Shown one piece after another: positions 45,939-54,359 of a stretch of DNA of 64,000 nt (position 1 is its first letter; every line of letters begins with the position of its first letter). The notes under the pieces were generated by a model. It was not told the DNA's origin. It was given only the letters and a program-made list of their open reading frames with translations, and searched no databases. The stretch covers positions 12,120 to 76,119 of the forward strand of contig JANYCT010000095.1 in NCBI GenBank assembly GCA_025360105.1. Direction: 5' to 3'. The position numbers and the translations under genes were made by a program. This DNA comes from Actinomycetes bacterium. GTDB taxonomy: Bacteria > Actinomycetota > Acidimicrobiia > Acidimicrobiales > Ilumatobacteraceae.

Positions 45939-46928
45939 ATGTCACAACCCGGAGCCGATCTCCATATCAAGGACCTCACAGTCGAGTTCAGCAAGGGCGA
46001 CTACACGGTGCGCCCCCTCGACAACATGAGTGTCACCGTGAAAGCCGGTTCGCTGGCGCTGCTGCTGGGGCCGTCGGGCTGCGGTAAGACCACCTTGCTG
46101 TCGTGTCTTGCAGCGATCCTCAAACCTACGTCGGGCACGATCACCTATGGCGACAAGGACATCACGGCGTTGAGCGGCAAGGCCCTCACCGATCACCGAC
46201 GACACGGTGTCGGTGTGGTCTTCCAGGCGTTCAACCTGGTGCCGAGCCTGAACAGCATCGAGAACGTTGCGGTACCCATGCGATCGGCCGGCGTGAAGGC
46301 GCGTGCAGCAAAGGCAAAGTCGATCGAGTTGCTCGAGGGAGTTGGTCTCGGTGAGCGCTTGACGCACAAGCCGAACAGCCTCAGCGGAGGTCAGCAGCAG
46401 CGCGTTGCCATCGCTCGCGCGCTCGCGCTCGATGCGCCACTGGTGCTCGCCGATGAGCCGACCGCTCATCTCGACTACATCCAGGTCGAGGGCGTGCTGC
46501 GTCTCATTCGCCGTCTCACCGATGGCGGGCGCGTGGTGGTGGTGTCGACTCACGACGATCGCATGTTGCCCCTCGCCGATCAGATCATCGAGATGCGCCC
46601 CGACTTCTTGCCCCAGAGCGACGCTGCTCCCGTACAGGTCACCCTCGTTGCCGGTCAACACCTTTTCAATCAGGGCGATCCGAGCGATCTCATCTACATG
46701 GTCGAGGATGGCCAGGTCGATGCCGTGCAGGATCTCGGCGAAGGCGAGATCGTGTTGGCCACGATGGGCCCCGGTGAGCACCTCGGCGAGATGGGACCGC
46801 TGTTTGGTCTGCGACGATCAGCGACAGTGCGCGCCCGCACGGACGCAACACTCACCGGCTACACCGTGAAGGCATTCCGTGATCTGGTTGGCGCTGAACG
46901 GCTGCCCTCGCTGATACGCGGCCGATAG
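45939..46928 (+). CDS. ABC transporter ATP-binding protein fused to a C-terminal cyclic-nucleotide-binding domain
   Basis: 329 aa. Walker A GPSGCGKTT, signature LSGGQQQRVAIARA, Walker B LVLADEPT. From about aa 232: ...LFNQGDPSDLIYMVEDGQV...GEHLGEMGPLFGLRRSATVRA (phosphate-binding cassette). GGAGG 5 nt upstream. Starts 1 nt after the permease stop. Confidence 0.9.
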   Translation: MSQPGADLHIKDLTVEFSKGDYTVRPLDNMSVTVKAGSLALLLGPSGCGKTTLLSCLAAILKPTSGTITYGDKDITALSGKALTDHRRHGVGVVFQAFNLVPSLNSIENVAVPMRSAGVKARAAKAKSIELLEGVGLGERLTHKPNSLSGGQQQRVAIARALALDAPLVLADEPTAHLDYIQVEGVLRLIRRLTDGGRVVVVSTHDDRMLPLADQIIEMRPDFLPQSDAAPVQVTLVAGQHLFNQGDPSDLIYMVEDGQVDAVQDLGEGEIVLATMGPGEHLGEMGPLFGLRRSATVRARTDATLTGYTVKAFRDLVGAERLPSLIRGR

Positions 46929-47004
46929 CTACTCCTCACCACCGGGTGACGTGTGAGCCGTCGACGCGCGATACTGGAGCGACCCTCCACGTCAGGAACA
47001 TGTC

Positions 47005-47421
47005 ATGAACGAGATCATTGTCGGAGTCGATGAAAGCGCTACAGCCCACAAGGCTGCCGTCGAGGCTTCCGAACTGGCGTCGATGACCAACCGCCCCTTG
47101 CACGTGGTGATGGCGTTGTCGCGCGGCTCGGTGCAGCAGGTGCGTAGTGGATCAGAGACCTGGATCCACGATCCGATCACCCATGGCGAGCAGGCCCTTG
47201 CGGCGCTCGTTGGCGAGTTGGCGTGCACGGCGCCGGTTACGTATTCGGTGGTGATGAAAGATCCGGCGAAAGCGCTCTGCGATGAGGCCGCACGGCTCGA
47301 CGCGTGGATGATCGTGGTCGGTAACAAGCGGGTGCAGGGGGCTGCGCGCGTGTTGGGCTCGATTGCCAACGACGTGGCCAAGACGGCGCCGTGCAATGTG
47401 CTGATCGTGCACACCACCTAA
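47005..47421 (+). CDS. Universal stress protein family
   Basis: 138 aa. IIVGVDESATAHKAA... and ...MIVVGNKRVQGAARVLGSIANDVAKTAPCNVLIVH. Confidence 0.85.
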   Translation: MNEIIVGVDESATAHKAAVEASELASMTNRPLHVVMALSRGSVQQVRSGSETWIHDPITHGEQALAALVGELACTAPVTYSVVMKDPAKALCDEAARLDAWMIVVGNKRVQGAARVLGSIANDVAKTAPCNVLIVHTT

Positions 47422-47433
47422 AACGGGCCCTGA

Positions 47434-48024
47434 CTAAAACGGACTGAGTCCCATGCGCCCGCGAATGCCGATCATCTCACCGAGGTGAGCGTGCCGGTGC
47501 GCGACGCATTCCCATTGCACGAACCAACTCACCGGTTTGTCGGTCCACATCGTGTGCAGCCACTCGAGTCCCGCGCTCGGAAGGCCGGCCTTGTGTTCGA
47601 GTTGATAGCTGGCTGACGGCACCGAGTCGAGCGCCATCATGCTCAGGTGCTTGAGCCATTCGTCGGTCGCAGTTGTCACGGCGTTCACGTACGTGAGGAG
47701 GTGCTCGAGATTGAGCGCCAGGGTGACGCTTCGATCCTCGGTTTCGGACAGTCCTCCCGCTCTCGGGACCATGTCGAGGCCGAGCGCGCTGCGGTGCTGG
47801 TCGAGGATCGGTGCATGATTACGGATCGCGGTGTTGAGGGCAAGGTCTTCGTGGTAGGTCGTGTGGAACAGCAGCGCGGCGATGCACGATCCACCGCCCG
47901 GTGGGGTCTCAGCCCAGCGCTCGATGGGCACGAAATTGGCGATGGCCGAGTCGAAGCGCGATGTCACCGTCGCATGGTCGTTCTCGATCCACGTCTGCAG
48001 GTCCACCTCGCGAGCTTGGCACAT
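47434..48024 (-). CDS. DinB-like (DinB_2 / mycothiol-dependent-enzyme-like) four-helix-bundle protein
   Basis: ORF 47434-48126 trimmed to ATG 48024. His-rich helices (LLFHTTYHEDL, ...CVAHRHAHLGEM). The family assignment is tentative. Confidence 0.5.
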   Translation of the reverse strand: MCQAREVDLQTWIENDHATVTSRFDSAIANFVPIERWAETPPGGGSCIAALLFHTTYHEDLALNTAIRNHAPILDQHRSALGLDMVPRAGGLSETEDRSVTLALNLEHLLTYVNAVTTATDEWLKHLSMMALDSVPSASYQLEHKAGLPSAGLEWLHTMWTDKPVSWFVQWECVAHRHAHLGEMIGIRGRMGLSPF

Positions 48025-48056
48025 GCGCAGCCACGATGACGCAGTACCGTCGCGGC

Positions 48057-48914
48057 ATGCTCGGAACAGTCGGAGACCTCGTCGAGGACATCGTGGTACA
48101 TCTCGGTGGACCCGTGAATGTGGCATCCGATACCAAGGCCGTGGTCGTGCGTCGCCGCGGCGGCAGTGCAGCGAACATGGCCGTCAGTGCCGTGCGCGCC
48201 GGAACACCGGCCCGCTTCATCGGTCAGGTTGGCGACGACGCGCACGGTGATGTGCTCATCGCTGCGTTGCGAGCCGAGGGTGTCGATGTCGTGGTGCGTC
48301 GGGGTGGTCGTATCGGCACCATCGTGGTGCTCGTCGACCAAGCCGGTGAGCGCACCATGCTGAGCGATCGCGGCGGTTGCACCGACCTCGACCATCCCAA
48401 CCCCGCGTGGCTCGACGGTCTCAGCACGCTGCATGTGCCGCTCTATTCGTTGGTGGTGTCCCCGCTCGCGGAGACCGCTGCGACGCTGATCGGTTGGGCG
48501 CACGAGCGAGCGATCACCGTGTCGATCGATGCATCGTCGTCAGCGGTCATCACCGACTTCGGCGTGCAACGAACCGTCGAGATGCTCGACCGATTGCACC
48601 CCACCGTGTTGCTGTGCAACGAGATGGAAGCCGAGTGCCTCGGCGCGGCCGCCGAGCCTGCACGCATCGGCGCACAGGTGACGGTGGTGAAGCAAGGTGC
48701 AGGTCCCGCGTTGGTGATGCGACCGGGTGCTGCCACTGTCTCGGTATCCGCCCCACCGATCGAGGATGTTCGCGACACCACCGGCGCAGGCGACGCGTTC
48801 GCTGCGGGCTTCCTCGCAGCGTTCGTCTCCGGTGACTCAGCGGTGGTGGCGGCCGAGGCCGGTCATCGCAGCGCGGCCGCCGCGATCATCGCGGCATCGC
48901 GGCAAGGGGTGTAG
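48057..48914 (+). CDS. PfkB-family carbohydrate kinase
   Basis: ORF 47901-48914. Homology begins at MLGTVGDLVEDIVV (ATG 48057; ATG 48036 is also possible). Signature DTTGAGDAFAAGFL. Confidence 0.85.
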   Translation: MLGTVGDLVEDIVVHLGGPVNVASDTKAVVVRRRGGSAANMAVSAVRAGTPARFIGQVGDDAHGDVLIAALRAEGVDVVVRRGGRIGTIVVLVDQAGERTMLSDRGGCTDLDHPNPAWLDGLSTLHVPLYSLVVSPLAETAATLIGWAHERAITVSIDASSSAVITDFGVQRTVEMLDRLHPTVLLCNEMEAECLGAAAEPARIGAQVTVVKQGAGPALVMRPGAATVSVSAPPIEDVRDTTGAGDAFAAGFLAAFVSGDSAVVAAEAGHRSAAAAIIAASRQGV

Positions 48915-51900
48915 GTCGCGAGATATCGCTGAGCGCGATGTCGAGATGATGGAGAAAAGTCTCGCAGTCATTCGGCGAGAACACGATGGGTGGCTTGATC
49001 TTGAGCACGTTGTGGTGTGGTCCCTCGGTGCTCAACAGCACACCGTCCTGCTTCATGCGTTCGACGAGGATGCTCAATTCGGTATCGGCTGGCTCCTGCG
49101 TGTCACGGTTGCGCACCAACTCGACGCCGATGAACAGTCCGTGGCCGCGCACGTCGCCGATGAGGGAGTACTTCTCGGCCAACTCGCTCAGTCCCAGCAT
49201 CATCTGCTCACCGACAACCGCCGCGTTGTGCATGAGACGTTCGTCGCGGATCACGTCGAGCACGGCCAGACCAATCGCGGCAGAAACAGGATTGCCTCCG
49301 AAGGTGCTGAAGTACTCCATGCCGTTGGCAAATGCCGCGGCGATCTCGGGACGGGTGACGACGGCGGCCATCGGATGGCCGTTGCCGATGGGTTTGCCCA
49401 TCGTGACGATGTCGGGCACCACGTCCTGCGTCTCGAACGCCCACATGTGGGATCCGACTCGTCCGAACCCGATCTGTACCTCGTCGGCAATGCACACCCC
49501 GCCCGCAGCGCGGACGTGTGCGTACGCGTGCGCCAGATACCCATCGGGGAGTGCGAGCATGCCGCCGGTGCCGAGGATGCCTTCACTGAAGAACGCGGCC
49601 GGTCGTTTCCCCGCAGCGGCCATCTCACCGATGAGCGCGGCAACGCTGTCGGCATATCCGCGGCCGGCATCTTCGTCGCCGTAACGTAGGCGGCCGCGGT
49701 AGAGGTCGGGCATTTCGGTGACCCAGACATGGTTGCTTTGCCCCTCGCCGCCGGGTCCAGCGAACTTGTATGGGCTGACCTCGACGATGGAGGTGACATT
49801 GCCGTGGTAGGCGTGATCTATCGTGATGACATCGCGCTGCGCTGTGTAGGCGCGGGCCAGGCGCAACGCAAGGTCGTTGGCCTCGCTGCCCGAGTTCACC
49901 ATGAACACCACCGACAACTCCTCGGGAAGCGTCGCTGTGAGCCGGCGTGAGTACTCCACCAGATTGTCGTGGAGGTAGCGCGAGTTGGTGTTGAGCTGCG
50001 CTGCTTGAAGAGACCCGGCGGCTACCACCCGCGGGTGGCAGTGACCCACATGGCACACGTTGTTCACCATGTCGAGGTACGTGTTGCCGCGATCGTCGAA
50101 CAGGTGAATGCCCTCGCCGCGCACGATCTTCAACGGACTGTCGTAGGCAAGGCTCAACGAACGCCCCAATACGTAGCGCCGCTCGCGCTGCAGCCACGCT
50201 GCGTCGCGTTGCACGACGACGCTGCAGTCCACCGGAAGGCCGAGCACGAGATTCGGATTGGGGAAGACGCTGCCCCAGACATCCCACTGGCTACGAGCGA
50301 CGACGCCGATGATCTGGGTCGCGCTCCAACCGCACAGGTGGGTCATCACCTGGAAGTGCAGATGCGGCACCCAGCCGCCGTTCTCTGCGGGGGTACCGAG
50401 GCGAGCGATCACGTCGCCCGCAGCGAGGTGCTGACCGACGGTCAGTGTTTGCAGGCTTGCGGGCGACAGATGTCCGTACAGCGTCCAGAACGGCGCGCCG
50501 TCGTCGGTCTCGTGCCGCAGCACCACAATGCCACCGAAGCCCAAGCGCACGGTCTCGACCCCTAGGTCGACCACCACCGCGTCGAGGGGTGCGAGTACGT
50601 CGTCCCCGGCAGGTGCGAACAGGTCGATACCGATATGGATGGTGCGCGCTTCGCTGGAGTCGATGGTCTCGAACTCAGGGGCGGAATACATCGAGCGGTT
50701 CTCGCCGTAACGACCAATCGCAGTAGAGGTCGCCAGCGCTTCCGTGTCAGTGAGACCCGCGAGTGTTCCTGCATCCGCAACGACCCCGCTGAGATCGAGC
50801 ACCCTCAAATGTTCGCGACTCATATCGCGGCGCAGCACCGGTCCACAGCGATGCCCGTTGTGCTCGAGCCAGCGCTCGATGTGTGGCCGTGTCGGCGAGG
50901 CCTCGTACCGACACGCGGCACGGAGACGCATGATCTCGATATGGCGATTCTGGGCGAGCAGCAGCTGCAGCCGTTCCCACACGTCTCGCTGACTGATGAG
51001 GAGATAGCCGTTCGTCGGATTGTCACGAATCTGCGCAGCGGCGACGCAGATGCTCGTGGCGTAGCGGGTGAGGATGAGGTCGAACAGCACATCCGCGTCG
51101 ATCTCGTCGAGGGGATTCTCGTCGTGGTACGCGGCCACCAGTGGCAGCACGCTGCCGATCGCGTCTGTGGCACCGATCATGGCGTAGGCGCACGCGATGG
51201 CGACCTCGTTCACTCGCCAGGTGCGCACGATGTCGCCGAAGTCGATGATGCCGCTGACGGTTCCGTCGGCCGCGAGCAGCACGTTGTAGTCGTTGGCGTC
51301 GTTGTGAATGATCTGACGCGGACGTTCCGCCAGACGCGGCGCAACGTGATCGACGAAGCGGCGCAGGACACCCTCGACCGCGGCGCGTTTCACGGGATCG
51401 TCGATGAGTGCCACGAGATCGAGGTGGTCCCCGGCTCTGGCGAGATCCCAACGATGCTCGCGTTCCGCTCCCGGATGCTCGAACTGCGCGAGCACCTTGT
51501 CGAGTCGGGCGAGCAGCGTGCCGAGCGACGCTGCGGAGTGGGCCCGCTTCTGGCCGTCGGGTTCGATGTTGTTGCCCCAGACGATGCCTGGCAGCCACGT
51601 GGTGAGGCGCACACAACGTAGGTTGCCAAGGGGATCCGTGACGCGGGGCAAGATCTCAGCCGCGGTAGTCGCCACGAGGCGCTGCACCGGGAGCTCGGGA
51701 GCCGTTTGCTCGAGGAAGGTCAACACGGCCGCTTGCAGTTCGACGTCGTCTGGTTCGGCACCGGCGTCGTGCAGGCGGAGCAGGAAGCGATTACCGTCGG
51801 GCGCTGTGACCTTGATGTTCGTGTCGAGCTCGCCGGGCAGTTCGTCGAGTTCGCCAGCGATGCCGTAGCACGCCATCAGCGTGTTGTTGACGAAATCCTC

Positions 51901-51969
51901 GAGTGACTCCATAGGAACCACGATTCTGCCACCTTCACGATTCGGTCGGTGGCGTCGTCGCGTGTTCAC
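48886..51969 (-). CDS. Triple-fusion protein: APH/hydroxylysine-kinase-like phosphotransferase + M23 metallopeptidase domain + class III aminotransferase-fold (phospho-lyase-like) domain
   Basis: 1027 aa. HNDANDYNVL...IDFGD (APH). HIGIDL...HLHFQV (M23 HxxxD / HxH). DEVQIGFGRVG...TMGKPIGNGHP (PLP lysine). Start is GTG 51969 or ATG 51912. Confidence 0.9.
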   Translation of the reverse strand: MNTRRRHRPNREGGRIVVPMESLEDFVNNTLMACYGIAGELDELPGELDTNIKVTAPDGNRFLLRLHDAGAEPDDVELQAAVLTFLEQTAPELPVQRLVATTAAEILPRVTDPLGNLRCVRLTTWLPGIVWGNNIEPDGQKRAHSAASLGTLLARLDKVLAQFEHPGAEREHRWDLARAGDHLDLVALIDDPVKRAAVEGVLRRFVDHVAPRLAERPRQIIHNDANDYNVLLAADGTVSGIIDFGDIVRTWRVNEVAIACAYAMIGATDAIGSVLPLVAAYHDENPLDEIDADVLFDLILTRYATSICVAAAQIRDNPTNGYLLISQRDVWERLQLLLAQNRHIEIMRLRAACRYEASPTRPHIERWLEHNGHRCGPVLRRDMSREHLRVLDLSGVVADAGTLAGLTDTEALATSTAIGRYGENRSMYSAPEFETIDSSEARTIHIGIDLFAPAGDDVLAPLDAVVVDLGVETVRLGFGGIVVLRHETDDGAPFWTLYGHLSPASLQTLTVGQHLAAGDVIARLGTPAENGGWVPHLHFQVMTHLCGWSATQIIGVVARSQWDVWGSVFPNPNLVLGLPVDCSVVVQRDAAWLQRERRYVLGRSLSLAYDSPLKIVRGEGIHLFDDRGNTYLDMVNNVCHVGHCHPRVVAAGSLQAAQLNTNSRYLHDNLVEYSRRLTATLPEELSVVFMVNSGSEANDLALRLARAYTAQRDVITIDHAYHGNVTSIVEVSPYKFAGPGGEGQSNHVWVTEMPDLYRGRLRYGDEDAGRGYADSVAALIGEMAAAGKRPAAFFSEGILGTGGMLALPDGYLAHAYAHVRAAGGVCIADEVQIGFGRVGSHMWAFETQDVVPDIVTMGKPIGNGHPMAAVVTRPEIAAAFANGMEYFSTFGGNPVSAAIGLAVLDVIRDERLMHNAAVVGEQMMLGLSELAEKYSLIGDVRGHGLFIGVELVRNRDTQEPADTELSILVERMKQDGVLLSTEGPHHNVLKIKPPIVFSPNDCETFLHHLDIALSDISRPTPLAAMPR

Positions 51970-52033
51970 TTCCTACCGAACTCACACCAGGAACCGACCG
52001 AGGGTGCTGCGCTGCCGGGTATGGTTCGCCCAC

Positions 52034-52576
52034 ATGAACCAATGGTTCGGTTACCTGACACGCGCATCGGGCATCGTCGCCATGGTGTTGATGGTCGCAT
52101 CGTTGTGCTGGGGGCTGTTCTTCTCAGCTCGCGAAACCGGCAAGCGGCTGCGGCCAGCGTGGTGGCTCGATCTGCACAACTGGTTGGGTGGTCTCGCGCT
52201 GGTGTTCACCGGTGTGCACATGTTTGCCGCCTTCGCCGATTCGAACCTTGCCCTCGGTCTCCGCGATGTGCTGTTACCCGGTGCCGGTAAACGTCAGAGT
52301 GGCGCCCTGAACTGGGGCGTGGTCGCGTTCTACGGTCTTGCTGTCGTGGTGTTCACGTCGTGGCCGAAGAAGCTGTTCAAGCGGCCGGTGTGGCGAGCCG
52401 TGCACCTGTTCTCGGTGCCGGCCACCGTGTTTGCCTGTGTGCATGCCTATCGGATGGGCAGCGATGCCAGCACGTTCTGGTTCAAGGCGCTGCTGGTGCT
52501 CGTCGCTGGTGCGGCTGCGTATCCGTTGGTGATTCGCGTCGCGGGCGTGGTGCTCGGTCGTCTCGACTCGCGTTGA
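52034..52576 (+). CDS. Ferric-reductase-like (MsrQ/NOX-type) bis-heme transmembrane protein
   Basis: ORF 51881-52576 trimmed to ATG 52034 (MNQWFGYL...). Two His pairs in TM helices: LH-x13-H (LHNWLGGLALVFTGVH) and H-x12-H (VHLFSVPATVFACVH). Confidence 0.75.
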   Translation: MNQWFGYLTRASGIVAMVLMVASLCWGLFFSARETGKRLRPAWWLDLHNWLGGLALVFTGVHMFAAFADSNLALGLRDVLLPGAGKRQSGALNWGVVAFYGLAVVVFTSWPKKLFKRPVWRAVHLFSVPATVFACVHAYRMGSDASTFWFKALLVLVAGAAAYPLVIRVAGVVLGRLDSR

Positions 52577-52665
52577 CGGCTCGTTCGAAGGCCCGCTCTT
52601 TACTCGACCTTGGCACGCTTCTGGCGGGGATCTCAACGAGGTCTTGAACGACTCTTACCCCGAAC

Positions 52666-53397
52666 GTGCCTACTGGAGGCATGGAAGATCTCTGGCCAGC
52701 ACCCATCACTGATGCGCCGATGGGAGACCCGCTGATGCAGGAGCGTCTTGCTCGTCTCGCCGCCCGCCGTGGCGCGCCTGCCCCAACGGCACGGACCAAT
52801 CGCCCTGTGGCCAAGACGGTAACCAAGCCGGGGTCCAAGCAGGGGTCCAAGACGAAGCGCCGTCACGCGGCCAAGGGCAGTCGTATCGCGGCATTGGCGA
52901 TGAGTGTCGGCACCACGGTCGGCTTGAGTGGCTACTTCTCTCACCTCGACGCCTCAGCCGCCTCAGCTGGATCGTCGACGTTGTCGGGCACTGCGACTGC
53001 GGTGGGCGCCAATGCGAGTGCAACAAATTCGGTTGCCGCCGGTACTGCGTCCACCACGGCTACAGCGGCCGCGGCCAAGACGACCACCGCCACTGGAACG
53101 GCGCTCAAGGATGGCACCTACGCCGGGGCGACCTCCAACAACCGTTGGGGACCCGTGCAAGTGCAGATCATGGTCAGCGGCGGCGCGATCGCCGACGTCA
53201 CTGCGTTGCAGACTCCGAGCGATCAAGACCGCAGCGTGCAGATCAACGACTACGCCACGCCGATCCTGCGCACCGAGACACTGACGGCACAGAGCGCCAC
53301 CATTCATACGGTGTCGGGTGCCACCTACACCAGCAACAGCTACAAGCAGTCGCTGCAGTCGGCGATCGACGTGGCACGCGCCGCGACTGCCGGGTGA
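52666..53397 (+). CDS. Membrane-anchored FMN-binding domain protein (ApbE flavinylation substrate)
   Basis: 243 aa. TM helix IAALAMSVGTTVGLSGYF, Ala/Thr-rich linker, FMN_bind core ...GTYAGATSNNRWGPVQVQI...IHTVSGATYTSNSY (SGAT flavinylation motif). The exact start is uncertain. Confidence 0.8.
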   Translation: MPTGGMEDLWPAPITDAPMGDPLMQERLARLAARRGAPAPTARTNRPVAKTVTKPGSKQGSKTKRRHAAKGSRIAALAMSVGTTVGLSGYFSHLDASAASAGSSTLSGTATAVGANASATNSVAAGTASTTATAAAAKTTTATGTALKDGTYAGATSNNRWGPVQVQIMVSGGAIADVTALQTPSDQDRSVQINDYATPILRTETLTAQSATIHTVSGATYTSNSYKQSLQSAIDVARAATAG

Positions 53398-53401
53398 TGT
53401 G

Positions 53402-54199
53402 ATGACCACGATCGCGAACGCACAACAATTCGGCTTGCATCACGTCGAGTTTGTGATGGGCATGGCGGTTTCCATCGACGTACGCGACAACGTCGAGCGC
53501 GAGGTCATCAACGAGGTCGTGGCGTGGCTGCACCATGTAGACGCGACGTTCAGTACCCACAATGTGGAGAGTCCCATCAGCCGGCTCGGCTCGGGTGAGT
53601 TCACCCTCGACGACATGAGCGACGAGGTGCTCGGCGTCTTGGCGCTGTGCGAGGAACTCAACACCGACAGCGACGGTGCCTTCGACGTGCTCGCCGTGCC
53701 CGCACCGAACGGCAGTCTGCTCGACCCGTCCGGAGTCGTGAAAGGTTGGTCCGTCGAGCGCGCCGCCGCGATGATGACGGCTCGCGGCGCCGAGAATTTC
53801 TGCATCAACGCAGGTGGCGATATTGCGATTCGTGGTGAGTCAAGTCCAGGCGAGCCCTGGCGCATCGGAGTCCGTCATCCCGATCATGCCGATCTCAGCG
53901 CGGCGGTCATCACCGGCTCGGGCCGACTTGCGGTGGCCACGTCGGCCACGTACGAACGCGGGGCGCACATCATCGACCCCACCACGGGTGAACCCACGGC
54001 CGATCTCGCCAGCGTGACCATCATCGGCCCCGACCTCACGTTTGCCGACGCGTACGCCACGACGGTGTTCGTGATGGGCGTGGCCGGACTGAGCTGGTTG
54101 ATGGACAAGCATCCCGACTATGCCGGGTTCATCATCACCCGTGACGACCTCACCGTGTCAACTCCCTCATTCGATCAGTACGTGGCCACCGACATCTGA
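53402..54199 (+). CDS. apbE: FAD:protein FMN transferase (ApbE family)
   Basis: ORF 53318-54199 trimmed to ATG 53402 (GTG 53399 also possible), just after the FMN_bind stop. ...MGMAVSIDV...NAGGDIA...VATSATYERG.... Confidence 0.88.
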   Translation: MTTIANAQQFGLHHVEFVMGMAVSIDVRDNVEREVINEVVAWLHHVDATFSTHNVESPISRLGSGEFTLDDMSDEVLGVLALCEELNTDSDGAFDVLAVPAPNGSLLDPSGVVKGWSVERAAAMMTARGAENFCINAGGDIAIRGESSPGEPWRIGVRHPDHADLSAAVITGSGRLAVATSATYERGAHIIDPTTGEPTADLASVTIIGPDLTFADAYATTVFVMGVAGLSWLMDKHPDYAGFIITRDDLTVSTPSFDQYVATDI

Positions 54200-54359
54200 G
54201 CAGCTCCCGCGCCTCGAATATGGCTGTCACACCCATCTGCAACTCTGTGACCATGCAGCTCAGAACGCCGCTACACTCACCCGGTCATATTCACCCTGCC
54301 CCATTGCGGGGCCCCGCACGCTTTAGGCGCGTTCGGGTCCGAAGGGAGGTTCCACACGC

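Noticed and set aside
31306-47421. Whether the accessory cluster is a horizontally acquired genomic island or mobile element.
   Set aside because: I saw no integrase, transposase, flanking tRNA or direct repeats, and no obvious compositional break by eye. This needs a computed GC, codon-usage and synteny comparison.
48024-48057. Very short divergent gap between the DinB-like and PfkB genes, as evidence for leaderless transcripts.
   Set aside because: Both start codons are uncertain (alternatives at 48036/48057 and 48024/48126), so the spacing cannot be relied on.
54200-54359. Possible S6:S18-binding rpsF leader RNA (small CCCC-ATTGC-GGGG hairpin at about 54297-54309).
   Set aside because: I cannot verify the motif's conserved structure by eye, and the hairpin is short. 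A covariance-model search (Rfam rpsF leader) would be needed.
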